In this document: one piece after another, positions 38,661 to 47,814 of the stretch
Layout: every line of letters starts with the position of its first letter
Position numbering within the stretch: position 1 is the first letter of the stretch
Assembly: GCA_050293845.1 (NCBI GenBank)
Contig: JBNKNM010000001.1
Span: 32,001 to 96,000 of the forward strand
DNA: 64,000 bases
Source of the DNA: Pseudobacteriovorax sp.
Lineage (GTDB): Bacteria > Bdellovibrionota_B > Oligoflexia > Oligoflexales > Oligoflexaceae
Direction: 5' to 3'
Made by a program: the position numbers and the translations under genes
Notes under the pieces: generated by a model
Database searches by the model: none
Seen by the model: the letters and a program-made list of their open reading frames with translations, nothing else
What the model was told of the DNA's origin: nothing

Positions 38661-40231
38661 TTCAGAATGGCGTCAAAGCCGTCCTTTTCCTCTGCATTTT
38701 CAGCTTCAGCAGCCTCTTCATCGAGCATATCCTGAAAAAATGAGACCTCTTTTACAATAGCTGAATCTGACAGTTCTTCGACTTCGATTTCCTGGACAGC
38801 CAACTCTTCGGGTATGCTGCTGTTTTTATTTTTAGCAAGATAGCTGGCCGCTATATCTCTATATTCACTAACATATTTAGTGGGAACGGGATAGCTCTGC
38901 ATTTTTTTACTGAGCCAAAGGCTCACTGTGCGACTGGGGTCAAATCGAGCAGCTGCATAATATAGGCTATTAATGTTATCTGGATTGGCAACAAGGACTT
39001 TTAAAATTTGCAGTCTATTTTGCGCATCAACCACTCTGATGGCCTGTCTCATAACATAAAAATCAGCAGCAGTTGGGTTTGCAGATAGCTTGCGAAAATA
39101 ATTTCTTAGTAGATGAGGTCGTGCCCCACTTATGACCTGATCTATAGTATCTATATCCAGCTCGAGTCCTAGCTCTACTAGCCCTAACAGCGCTTCCATG
39201 CGTGCCCACAGCTTAGGTTGTTCCAAGGCTTCAAACAATAGCGCTTCAGAACCAGGAATATGACTTGCACGGATCTCCTTGATAGTGCTGTAGCGGCGAT
39301 AAGGATAGCGATGAGACAAGCCAAAACGCCATTTTTCCTTCTGTGATGGGGTCAGAGAACCAGCAACTTTAATGGGTTTCGCTACAGGATTAGGCAACGG
39401 CCAGTAGGGATTCTCAATATCTGAAATATTTACCCTTCTGGGAGTTCGGGGAGCAACCCGCAGCATCCTTTTTCTAGCTTTTTTGTCATCAGTCATGGTT
39501 TTTGCTGACTCTGTGGCTGGGATATCATCCAAAACTAGCTTGGTTTCTGAAAAAAAAGGCTTAGCTAGGGCGAACATGCGATCCACTGTGTTACCGACGA
39601 AGGCTGCCTCAAACCCCTCCTGGGCCCATATCCAATACCCCCCACCTAGCATTAGAGCTAGAGCTAACCATTTTAGACTAATACCTTTTTTTTTCTTTTC
39701 CCTGGCTATCTCAAAGCTTCCTGTCAGTTCTGCACGCTTCACACCGCGTGTCTCGTGAAACTTCATGTTTTCTATTCTAGAGGGCTCAGTTGTCATACCT
39801 GACGTGGAGGAGTTATCTTCAAAATGGAAGGAAGAGAGCGAATAATCATCGTTCTTGTCCTTTTCCCTAACCGGGTCACTTTCTGTGACGGATGAAGCAA
39901 ATTCTGGAATTCTCTGGGATTCCATGGCCCCGTCTTGATACTGAATCTCCTCGGTATCATCCAAGCTTTTAGTTTGCGAAATTTGCGACGCAATCTGACT
40001 TGATGATGACTGTGCCATATCCAATAACTGGTTAACATCCTTAGCAGTTGCTGTAGTGCGACTAAGATCTATTTTTTTGGCATGACTCTCTGGTACAGCT
40101 TCGGTGTGTTCTGCCTCGTTAAATTTTTCTAGACCCAGGTCTAAACCTGTTAATCCCATCGTTTCAGTGTTATGCTCTTCAAATTCAAGATCAACATTCG
40201 AAAGGTCAATGGTTTTCTTGTTTTCGATCAT
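38627..40231 (-). CDS. Bitopic membrane protein: acidic disordered N-terminus, single TM, HEAT/ARM-like helical C-terminus
   Basis: E/D/S/T-rich first ~180 aa, then KKKK plus hydrophobic TM, then RMEALLGL-type helical repeats. Confidence 0.6.
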   Translation of the reverse strand: MIENKKTIDLSNVDLEFEEHNTETMGLTGLDLGLEKFNEAEHTEAVPESHAKKIDLSRTTATAKDVNQLLDMAQSSSSQIASQISQTKSLDDTEEIQYQDGAMESQRIPEFASSVTESDPVREKDKNDDYSLSSFHFEDNSSTSGMTTEPSRIENMKFHETRGVKRAELTGSFEIAREKKKKGISLKWLALALMLGGGYWIWAQEGFEAAFVGNTVDRMFALAKPFFSETKLVLDDIPATESAKTMTDDKKARKRMLRVAPRTPRRVNISDIENPYWPLPNPVAKPIKVAGSLTPSQKEKWRFGLSHRYPYRRYSTIKEIRASHIPGSEALLFEALEQPKLWARMEALLGLVELGLELDIDTIDQVISGARPHLLRNYFRKLSANPTAADFYVMRQAIRVVDAQNRLQILKVLVANPDNINSLYYAAARFDPSRTVSLWLSKKMQSYPVPTKYVSEYRDIAASYLAKNKNSSIPEELAVQEIEVEELSDSAIVKEVSFFQDMLDEEAAEAENAEEKDGFDAILNQSKVLEKLTE

Positions 40232-40264
40232 GGGTATGAATTTCCGCTTTTATGCCTTATCTCC

Positions 40265-40291
40265 TTATCGCTTTTTCCATTGAAAAGTTTA
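40265..40291 (-). promoter_or_regulatory. sigma28 (FliA)-like promoter
   Basis: Minus strand TAAACTTT-N11-AGCGATAA (TAAA-N15-AGCGATAA), exact consensus spacing. Confidence 0.5.
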
Positions 40292-40398
40292 GGGTTTATA
40301 AATCTGACATAGAATACGCGGAGATAGATGGGGAATAAATTCTGAAAAAACTTTTGTTTATTCTTGATTAATTAGGTAAGTACTCTCGTTTGATAGAG

Positions 40399-40493
40399 TG
40401 GTAGGTTACACAGCAACCTACCAATATAGCGCCAATAAGGGAAAATATTCTTGAATTTTCAAGAATATATGATAGTTAATTTCCTTTTGGTGC
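40399..40493 (+). promoter_or_regulatory. Structured 5' leader of fusA
   Basis: Hairpin TGGTAGGTT/AACCTACCA (40399-40423). Long stem 40429-40443/40480-40493 enclosing the perfect IR ATATTCTTGAA-TT-TTCAAGAATAT (40445-40468). Confidence 0.5.
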
Positions 40494-40540
40494 GCTTGTT
40501 TAATGGTTAATTATCTCAACCCGTAGAAGGTCCATAAGCA

Positions 40541-42652
40541 ATGAAGTTAGAAAACCTCAGAAACATCGGTATTTCCGCTCATATCGATTCAGGGAAAACT
40601 ACCCTAACCGAACGTATCCTTTTTTACGCAGGACGTATTCATAAAATAGAAGAAGTTCGCGGGGGCGGTGATGGCGCCACTATGGACCACATGGAACTTG
40701 AGAAAGAACGTGGAATCACGATTACGTCCGCTTCGACGTCTGTTCAATGGAACAATTATCCTATCAATATTATTGACACCCCGGGCCACGTTGATTTTAC
40801 AGTTGAAGTGGAACGATCTTTGCGGGTTTTGGATGGTGCCGTCCTAGTACTATGTGGTGTTGCCGGGGTTCAATCCCAGTCCATCACTGTTGACCGACAA
40901 ATGAAGCGCTACAAAGTCCCTTGTCTTGCGTTTATTAATAAGCTCGATCGCGCTGGCTCCAACCCTCATCGTGTGATTGGCTTGCTACGCGAGAAGTTAA
41001 ATCACAATGCTGTTGCTATGCAGATTCCCATTGGCCTTGAAAACGACCACCAAGGTGTCGTTGACCTGATAACCAAAAAAGCAATTTACTTTGATGGTGA
41101 CAAGGGTGAGACTGTTCGTGAAGAGGAATGTCCTGCTGACATGGTTGATGATATGGAGACTTACCGTGCCGATATGTTGGACAAAATTTCCATGTTTAAC
41201 GATGAGATGATGGAACTCATGCTTGAGGAGAAAGAAATTCCTGAAGACATGATCCACGAGACAGTTAAAAAAGCCGTTCAAAGTCGTGAATTAACACCCG
41301 TTTATATGGGATCTGCTTTTAAAAACAAAGGAGTTCATAAACTTCTTGATGCAGTAACCCGCTACCTACCTTCGCCGCTTGAGCGTGAATACTGGGGTAA
41401 TGACAACGACAAGGACGGCGAAAAAGTACAAATTTTCCCCGACTCTAGTAAACCAACTGTTGCCATGGCTTTCAAAATTACCGACGAGACTTTTGGCCAA
41501 TTGACCTACACACGCGTCTATCAGGGTGCCATCAAAAAAGGTGAGTCTTACTACAACCCGCGCATAGGTAAAAGACAACGCGTGGGTCGTATCGTAAGGA
41601 TGCACTCAAACGACCGTGAGGACTTAAGCGAGGCCACAGCAGGGGATATTGTAGCCTTGGTTGGAGTGGACTGCGCCTCTGGTGATACTTTCTGTGACGA
41701 AAGCCTTAATGTCACTATGGAAAGCATGTATGTTCCTGAGCCTGTTATCGAACTTGCTATTAAGCCAGCAAAACAAGACGATCTTGTAAAAATGTCTAAG
41801 GCGCTCAACCGCTTTATGAAGGAAGATCCTACCTTCCGCGTTTTCGTTGATCAGGAATCAAACGAAACCCGCATTGCCGGTATGGGTGAGCTGCACCTTG
41901 AAATTTATGTTGAGCGTATCCAGCGGGAATACAAAGCCAATGTTATTGTGGGACAACCCAAGGTGAACTATCGCGAAGCCCCCACTATGCTAGCAAACTT
42001 TGACTATAAACATAAGAAGCAAACTGGTGGTTCAGGTCAATATGCCCATGTAGTTGGAGAGCTGTCTCCCCTACACGAAGATGTTGGCCAATCTACTGGT
42101 GATGATGATAAGTCTTTTGAATTTATTAATAGCACCGTCGGTGGCTCTGTTCCCAAAGAATATATCCCAGGTGTTGAAAAGGGCTTGCGAGAGTCTCTCG
42201 ATAAAGGACCTATTGCTGGGTGTCAGGTGATCAACTGTAAGGTCGACCTTAAAGACGGTGGCTTCCACCCCGTTGACTCTTCAGAAATGGCCTTTAAACT
42301 GGCTTCACGCGCTGCTTTCAAACAAGCATTCTTGGAATCTAAGCCAGTAATTTTAGAGCCTATTATGCGCGTTGAAGTGGAAACCCCTACCGAATTCCAA
42401 GGGACGGTTCAAGGTGACCTTTCTTCAAGGCGTGGAATCCTTTTAGGATCTGATATGCGGGATGATTACACGGTTATTATTGCGGAAGTTCCTCTATCCG
42501 AAATGTTTGGCTACTCCACGGACCTTCGATCCTCCACCCAAGGTAAGGCCGGGTTCTCTATGGAATTTGCCACCTATAAACCTGTACCAGCTTCTATCCA
42601 AGAACAACTTAAGAAAAAGCACCAGGAAGACCAGGCTAAGGGTAACAAATAA
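40541..42652 (+). CDS. fusA: Elongation factor G (spd/mitochondrial EF-G1-like)
   Basis: [58 protein letters not shown]. Confidence 0.97.
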   Translation: MKLENLRNIGISAHIDSGKTTLTERILFYAGRIHKIEEVRGGGDGATMDHMELEKERGITITSASTSVQWNNYPINIIDTPGHVDFTVEVERSLRVLDGAVLVLCGVAGVQSQSITVDRQMKRYKVPCLAFINKLDRAGSNPHRVIGLLREKLNHNAVAMQIPIGLENDHQGVVDLITKKAIYFDGDKGETVREEECPADMVDDMETYRADMLDKISMFNDEMMELMLEEKEIPEDMIHETVKKAVQSRELTPVYMGSAFKNKGVHKLLDAVTRYLPSPLEREYWGNDNDKDGEKVQIFPDSSKPTVAMAFKITDETFGQLTYTRVYQGAIKKGESYYNPRIGKRQRVGRIVRMHSNDREDLSEATAGDIVALVGVDCASGDTFCDESLNVTMESMYVPEPVIELAIKPAKQDDLVKMSKALNRFMKEDPTFRVFVDQESNETRIAGMGELHLEIYVERIQREYKANVIVGQPKVNYREAPTMLANFDYKHKKQTGGSGQYAHVVGELSPLHEDVGQSTGDDDKSFEFINSTVGGSVPKEYIPGVEKGLRESLDKGPIAGCQVINCKVDLKDGGFHPVDSSEMAFKLASRAAFKQAFLESKPVILEPIMRVEVETPTEFQGTVQGDLSSRRGILLGSDMRDDYTVIIAEVPLSEMFGYSTDLRSSTQGKAGFSMEFATYKPVPASIQEQLKKKHQEDQAKGNK

Positions 42653-42677
42653 TCCTTTACATATAACATAAAATTTT

Positions 42678-42719
42678 AAAGCCCCACTGTACGATAAATT
42701 AAGCAGTGGGGCTTTTTTT
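42678..42719 (+). terminator. Rho-independent terminator after fusA
   Basis: AAAGCCCCACTG-N14-CAGTGGGGCTTT followed by T-tract. Confidence 0.85.
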
Positions 42720-42822
42720 GCCTTTTTTCCGCATAAGGCTTGGTCAAGAAACATGCAGCAGTACAAGAATTCCCATGACTTTATGCTTCCCATGAATAGG
42801 CAAAGATTGCATCGATCAGCCC

Positions 42823-42849
42823 TTAATTAAAGCGTCAAAAACTCGATAC
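42823..42849 (+). promoter_or_regulatory. Possible sigma28-like promoter
   Basis: TTAA-N15-CTCGATAC upstream of the 54-aa ORF. Confidence 0.25.
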
Positions 42850-42887
42850 TATTTAATACAGGATAAGAACTCTACAGGAGGTTTTTC

Positions 42888-43052
42888 ATGGCTAGGAAGG
42901 CCGATCAAACTCGCAAACCGGAGTTAAAACTAGTTAAGTCAAGTAGCGAACAGCAATCACAGGTACCGGTTTTTCACTCCCAACTGGCGCAAGAGCTAGA
43001 TCGTTTCGCTGATAACCTAGATCTTATGGTTGAGATCATTCGCAACAGCTAA
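42888..43052 (+). CDS. Small protein, 54 aa (absent from supplied ORF track)
   Basis: AGGAGG RBS, then ATG. MARKADQTRKPELKLVKSSSEQQSQVPVFHSQLAQELDRFADNLDLMVEIIRNS*. Stop overlaps the convergent gene's stop by 4 nt. Confidence 0.7.
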   Translation: MARKADQTRKPELKLVKSSSEQQSQVPVFHSQLAQELDRFADNLDLMVEIIRNS

Positions 43053-43690
43053 ACTTTCGCAGTTCGTCGCGGACGATCAGCCATTGATTCAAAAATTGAC
43101 TTTTGAGTCATGCAAAGCTCATTGTTAAGCTCTATGATAGCTCCTTCAAGCTGTTGCAAGATAACTTTCGCCGTAGACTTCCAATTAAGCTCCTGAATAG
43201 ACATCTGCATAGCTATCGCAGCACGGTGAACTTTATTATAGATAAGTTTTATATTAGCAAGCGAAATCCTTTTATCCAACAGCACGATCACGTGATCTAT
43301 CAGATCTAAAATCAAATCCACATCTCCACATAAAGTAGCAAGATCAACAGGTTCTTCAGAGCTTTCAGCCTGCCAGCATTTGACAGCCATAGGTTTAAGG
43401 GATCTTTCCATAACTACTGTGAGATTTCTCAGAGCATCAATGGTTTGAATAGAAATCTCAGTGGGAGAATCTATTCTTAATTCCAAGTGTGAATCATCAT
43501 CTAAGATGATGCTGGCGAGATCAGAGCTGTCACTTTCACATTCAATATCCTTTCCATCAATGGATATTTTTGTAATCGTGTGATCAGGATGTAATAGATG
43601 ACTTTCTACCCAATTTATAGCTTCTCCCAAGTTTTTAATAGGAATAGGTACCGGTACTTTTTTTTGGTTTAAAATAATAAACTTCAACAT
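43049..43690 (-). CDS. Hypothetical protein (small beta N-domain plus helical bundle)
   Basis: 213-aa ORF with GGAG RBS, in operon with the GT-TPR gene. Confidence 0.7.
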   Translation of the reverse strand: MLKFIILNQKKVPVPIPIKNLGEAINWVESHLLHPDHTITKISIDGKDIECESDSSDLASIILDDDSHLELRIDSPTEISIQTIDALRNLTVVMERSLKPMAVKCWQAESSEEPVDLATLCGDVDLILDLIDHVIVLLDKRISLANIKLIYNKVHRAAIAMQMSIQELNWKSTAKVILQQLEGAIIELNNELCMTQKSIFESMADRPRRTAKV

Positions 43691-43704
43691 GGATGCATAG
43701 TCTC

Positions 43705-45555
43705 CTATCCGTTTGAAGAAGACGCATTAGTTTCATCTAAGGCTGTCTGAGCTTGCTTGAGCAGAGCAGCAGCTTTCTGGTCCCTGGGATCAACATCGGT
43801 AATGGTTTTCATCAGAGCTATTACATCCTGATAGCACTTTGATCTAAAGTATATCCCGCCTAAAGTATAGATAAAGTTGTAATCGTTAGGATGAATAGCA
43901 AGATATCTCTTTAGAGCATCTTCAACCTTTACATAATCCTCCGTTTCGTGAGATGCTTTCACTAAACTGTATAGAGCAGCAGTGTTTTCTGGGTTTATTT
44001 GCAAACTTTTCGCGATCCATCGCTTAGCTTCTTTCCACTCACTCATTCCCTGAAATGCCAATCCCAATCCTAAATTTGCCATCTCATCATCTGGAGCTAA
44101 GCTTACAGCTTTTTGGAAGTGTATTACCGCAATATCATAGCTATTTTTCATCAAACCGATAGTTCCTAGTCCAATATAAGTACGCGATGAATAAGGATCA
44201 AGTTCAGCAGATGAAATATAGGAATTTTTTGCTCCTTCATAGTCACCTAATTTTACAAAGCAATCACCTACCATGCGATAAAGGTTTGATCGGTGATGGA
44301 CGGGCATATCCTTCATTTTAAATATCGCCTCAATCAAGTCAATAGCTGCCATATACTGCTTACTTTTTATTTTAGCTTCAATTTCAAGCACTTGATGATC
44401 TAGACCATTCTTATCTATCTTGATATCGGTAGCAACAAATTCGGTGAATACTTGCTCCATATTTGTCTTCACGCTATCAAAACTGTACATTTTTTGATAA
44501 GTGTTAAAATTCTTTCTAGTAATATCTTTGATAAGACTCACTGCTTCACTGAGCTTGATGATGGTTTTCTTGAGACTCAAAGGAGAACCTTGACAAAAAT
44601 CAAGTCGATGCTTTCCAAGAAATTGTTCAACAAGGGGAGACCGGCTTGCCATCACTGGTATCTGACTAGCCATTGCTGTGAGAATACGATAAGGATCTCC
44701 ATCAATTCTGTCTCTACAAGGTAATGAAGAAATATATACGGTATCTGTAGCCTGATAAATTGCTTTAAGCGACTCTCGACTGGGCGCAAAATAGGAAACA
44801 CAGAAATCTGTTTCAAAATTAATAGTAGTATCCTTCAGCTCATTCGCAAAAGACCCAATACCACATACAATAATTTTAATCTTATCTTTTAAAGATGGTC
44901 TTTCTTTCATAGCAAGTCTCGTTGCAGCCATCAAATCTTGAAGTCCCTCTTCCCATTCAATAGGACCTAAGCAAGAAATAATCACATCACCCTCAGCGAA
45001 ACCAAGCTTTTCTCTAGCCAAGGCTCTCATTTTTTTATCTTGTGATGTACGAGACTCTACATATGGCAGCATTTCAAGAATTCTAGTTTCCTCAATACCT
45101 TCAATTTCTAGGGTTGTACGTGCTGCCTTTGATTGAACAATGAATCCATCCGCTGCGTTTGTAACTTCGGTACGAATAGTTCGCATTTGATCCACATCAT
45201 TTGCTGGATAAGGAACCAGATTATCCACCCAAACAAGCATACGAAACTGGAACCGCCACTTAGCTTTAAGTACTTGATAGGCATAAAGCCCAATTCTTTC
45301 TTTTACAACAACGACATCATAGTTTTTCAGTACTTTTTCTAGTCCAGGAAGAAAAGTAGGGTTTTCATCATGGTCTTTAAGTACTACACATGTTAAATCT
45401 TGAAAAAAGCTATTTTGAGTAATGTAAGAGGCAATCGACTCAGAGGTAATTAATTGTACATTGTAATCTTCTGTAAGAAGCCTGAATTGATCGATTTCTT
45501 CGATACTGGGTAAACACCCTATAACTAGAGCTAACTTTGTTCGCGCCTCTTCCAT
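43705..45555 (-). CDS. GT4-like (GT-B) glycosyltransferase domain fused to C-terminal TPR repeats
   Basis: AREKLG, GPIEWEEG..DL, CGIG, AMASQIPVMAS. Several TPRs (GDCFVKLGDYEGAKNSY...ELDP; FQKAVSLAP; SLQINP). Confidence 0.75.
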   Translation of the reverse strand: MEEARTKLALVIGCLPSIEEIDQFRLLTEDYNVQLITSESIASYITQNSFFQDLTCVVLKDHDENPTFLPGLEKVLKNYDVVVVKERIGLYAYQVLKAKWRFQFRMLVWVDNLVPYPANDVDQMRTIRTEVTNAADGFIVQSKAARTTLEIEGIEETRILEMLPYVESRTSQDKKMRALAREKLGFAEGDVIISCLGPIEWEEGLQDLMAATRLAMKERPSLKDKIKIIVCGIGSFANELKDTTINFETDFCVSYFAPSRESLKAIYQATDTVYISSLPCRDRIDGDPYRILTAMASQIPVMASRSPLVEQFLGKHRLDFCQGSPLSLKKTIIKLSEAVSLIKDITRKNFNTYQKMYSFDSVKTNMEQVFTEFVATDIKIDKNGLDHQVLEIEAKIKSKQYMAAIDLIEAIFKMKDMPVHHRSNLYRMVGDCFVKLGDYEGAKNSYISSAELDPYSSRTYIGLGTIGLMKNSYDIAVIHFQKAVSLAPDDEMANLGLGLAFQGMSEWKEAKRWIAKSLQINPENTAALYSLVKASHETEDYVKVEDALKRYLAIHPNDYNFIYTLGGIYFRSKCYQDVIALMKTITDVDPRDQKAAALLKQAQTALDETNASSSNG

Positions 45556-45581
45556 AACTATATTCTCCTAAAAGAAGCAAA

Positions 45582-45956
45582 TTAAATGCCCAGACTTATT
45601 CCAGACTCACGACGAATCGCTGATCTAAATTTGCTTAGTTTTTCTCTGTTATGAGTAGCTTTTACAAGCTGATGATTGAGTTGCTGGCAAAGCTCCCTAA
45701 TGACTGCTTCAAGTTTAACGTTTTTTTCACGAATATGCTTCCAAAGCACCTGAAACGCTTGGTCCGCACTATACTGGGGATCATACTGCTGGGCAACAAA
45801 GTCCCAATAGCGAAAATTGTTAAAGGCAGCCTTACGATCTTGCAGAGTGTTGATAAAGCTATCCCAATCAGCACGTTCAGCGGCTTCAATGGCCAGCTGG
45901 CCACGTTTTAAATAGATCTCAAGGATTGCTTTCGTTTTCCCTAGGGGTCCGTCCAC
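45582..45956 (-). CDS. Small helical protein, possibly FliT-like chaperone
   Basis: 124 aa, all-helical. Pattern DWDSF..TL.DR ... IRE.N..LE...R ... K.SKF reminiscent of FliT. Confidence 0.4.
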   Translation of the reverse strand: MDGPLGKTKAILEIYLKRGQLAIEAAERADWDSFINTLQDRKAAFNNFRYWDFVAQQYDPQYSADQAFQVLWKHIREKNVKLEAVIRELCQQLNHQLVKATHNREKLSKFRSAIRRESGISLGI

Positions 45957-45988
45957 GACAATGCCTTATTTTTTCGCTCCTACTGTTT

Positions 45989-46018
45989 ATTCTAAGAGAT
46001 AGATCATAAGACTGTCAA
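45989..46018 (-). promoter_or_regulatory. sigma70-type promoter for the 45956-43049 operon
   Basis: Minus strand TTGACA-N18-TAGAAT, followed by AGGAG. Confidence 0.55.
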
Positions 46019-46225
46019 ACTGGGTATACCAAGCCCGGATTCGAAAATTTGCCCTTCTTTGCATCGTTTTTAATGCTAACTAGCTATTTACTTAATCCCG
46101 ACATTGATCACGTTTTAGAGAAATGAAGGCTGCACATTCTAGAAGCTAAACACCCAAGGCTTCCAAGATCACGATGTGAACAATTTTCATTGCTGTTTAT
46201 TGATTCGTTGCACTCACACTCAATA

Positions 46226-47152
46226 CTATAGAGATCTGAAATTAGGACGTCCTATACTACCACTAAGCTTGTACTTTGCTTCCCCATTTTTTCCACCCAT
46301 CATACTGAGAACAAAGTCAAAGTTTTCTTTCAGATTTCCGACAATTTTTAAATCCACACCAATATTGAGAAGTGAGTTGGGAGGAGGGTTCTTCAACTGG
46401 GCATAGCCATTGATATCAATCATAAGTTCCTGGCTGTGGAAACCCGAGGTCTTAGAAATATTGAGGCGTCCCCCTTGTAGGTTTGCCTGCACAGCAGCCT
46501 TAGTAAAAATCTGTTTTGATAAGCTTAAATTTGGATCATTCATATCTAAAGAAGCTTTCAATAGCTTCAAATCTACACGACCACTTGATTGCACAGGATC
46601 ATCTACGACAAGATCAGCCTCTACTTGCCCATCCAGTGAGCCCGCAATCATCATTTTGGACAGTGTACCCTTAATAAGATTGTTTGCTGATTTAGCATAT
46701 GTTTTTAGACCGAAGCCAGCTACCTGGCCAAAGTCGAAATCATGGGCTTCCATTTCAATCCCTAAAGGAATAAAGTTATTATAGGCAATAAGCTGGTTCA
46801 TTCCCCATCTGGCTGAGAGATCAAGGGTTCCCTTGTTACGACTAATGATTTCAGCATCGACTCCAAGCTGCCACATAAAGATACGAAATATGACCAGGGA
46901 GACTTCAATCTTACGCAAATTAATGGCTTGGGCTTCCTCCCCCTTGGAAATAGTAACTCCCTCAGCGACAAAACCGATGGGAAGGTTTGGACCAAAGTCA
47001 TCTATTTTGACAGTAAGTCCTGTATTACGACTAATTTCAGATACCAATGCTTCTTTTAGAATACCATAGGGAAAAGTTAAGTATAAAAAGAACAGGAAGC
47101 TAGTAATAAACAAAACGATATATGCGAATTTACTTCCTTTTTTCTCTGCCAC
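46226..47152 (-). CDS. gspN: Type II secretion system protein N
   Basis: N-terminal TM with FLYLTFPY, beta-rich, C-terminal LSGSIGRP. Last gene of the gsp operon. Confidence 0.8.
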   Translation of the reverse strand: MAEKKGSKFAYIVLFITSFLFFLYLTFPYGILKEALVSEISRNTGLTVKIDDFGPNLPIGFVAEGVTISKGEEAQAINLRKIEVSLVIFRIFMWQLGVDAEIISRNKGTLDLSARWGMNQLIAYNNFIPLGIEMEAHDFDFGQVAGFGLKTYAKSANNLIKGTLSKMMIAGSLDGQVEADLVVDDPVQSSGRVDLKLLKASLDMNDPNLSLSKQIFTKAAVQANLQGGRLNISKTSGFHSQELMIDINGYAQLKNPPPNSLLNIGVDLKIVGNLKENFDFVLSMMGGKNGEAKYKLSGSIGRPNFRSL

Positions 47153-47814
47153 TATTTAGATCCCCCAAGTTTATAACCTATTACTTTTGCACTCGTCTCA
47201 AAGTAAAGCCGGTCGCCATATCGCGTTCTAATTTGCAAGTTGTTAATATTGAGATTTTTACCCGATTTTTCGATTTCACCTAAAAACTTCAGCATGCGTG
47301 GGATGGAAACTTTTGGCAATCTGAACTCTACTGCTACATGCTTAAAATCTGCTGACAAAGGACTATCTGGCGAAATATCTAATTCATTTGACCTTAAATC
47401 CGTAATCGTCACTCCTACCTGATTAGACTTAGACTCAAAAAACGGCTTAGGTCGAAATCCTTGAGAAGACCTTCTGATGATATTGGTAAGTTCCCGGTAT
47501 CGCTTTTCCTCAAAATCGTATGTCTGCGCCAGGGAGCGTAACTCTTGTAGGGCCTCAAAACTAGAATTTAATTCTTTTTCCAAAGCATTGATCTGAGAAA
47601 AATATATACCAAAAGCGCCGAAAACGAATATCATCAATGCTCCCAAAACCCCTAGCAAAACCCCTGTCTGCTGGTTGGGAGATAGCTTATAGAAACTATC
47701 CATGATAAAATCGAGCCGCTCATTGTTCGGCCCCAAAATATATTTTTTTAGAAAATCTGCAACCCGCGAAAATGTGGAATCAATTTGGTCACCAATATTT
47801 CCTATAGCACTCAT
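47152..47814 (-). CDS. gspM: Type II secretion system protein M
   Basis: FYKLSPNQQ-TM-coiled coil-ferredoxin-like domain. Position after gspL. Confidence 0.75.
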   Translation of the reverse strand: MSAIGNIGDQIDSTFSRVADFLKKYILGPNNERLDFIMDSFYKLSPNQQTGVLLGVLGALMIFVFGAFGIYFSQINALEKELNSSFEALQELRSLAQTYDFEEKRYRELTNIIRRSSQGFRPKPFFESKSNQVGVTITDLRSNELDISPDSPLSADFKHVAVEFRLPKVSIPRMLKFLGEIEKSGKNLNINNLQIRTRYGDRLYFETSAKVIGYKLGGSK

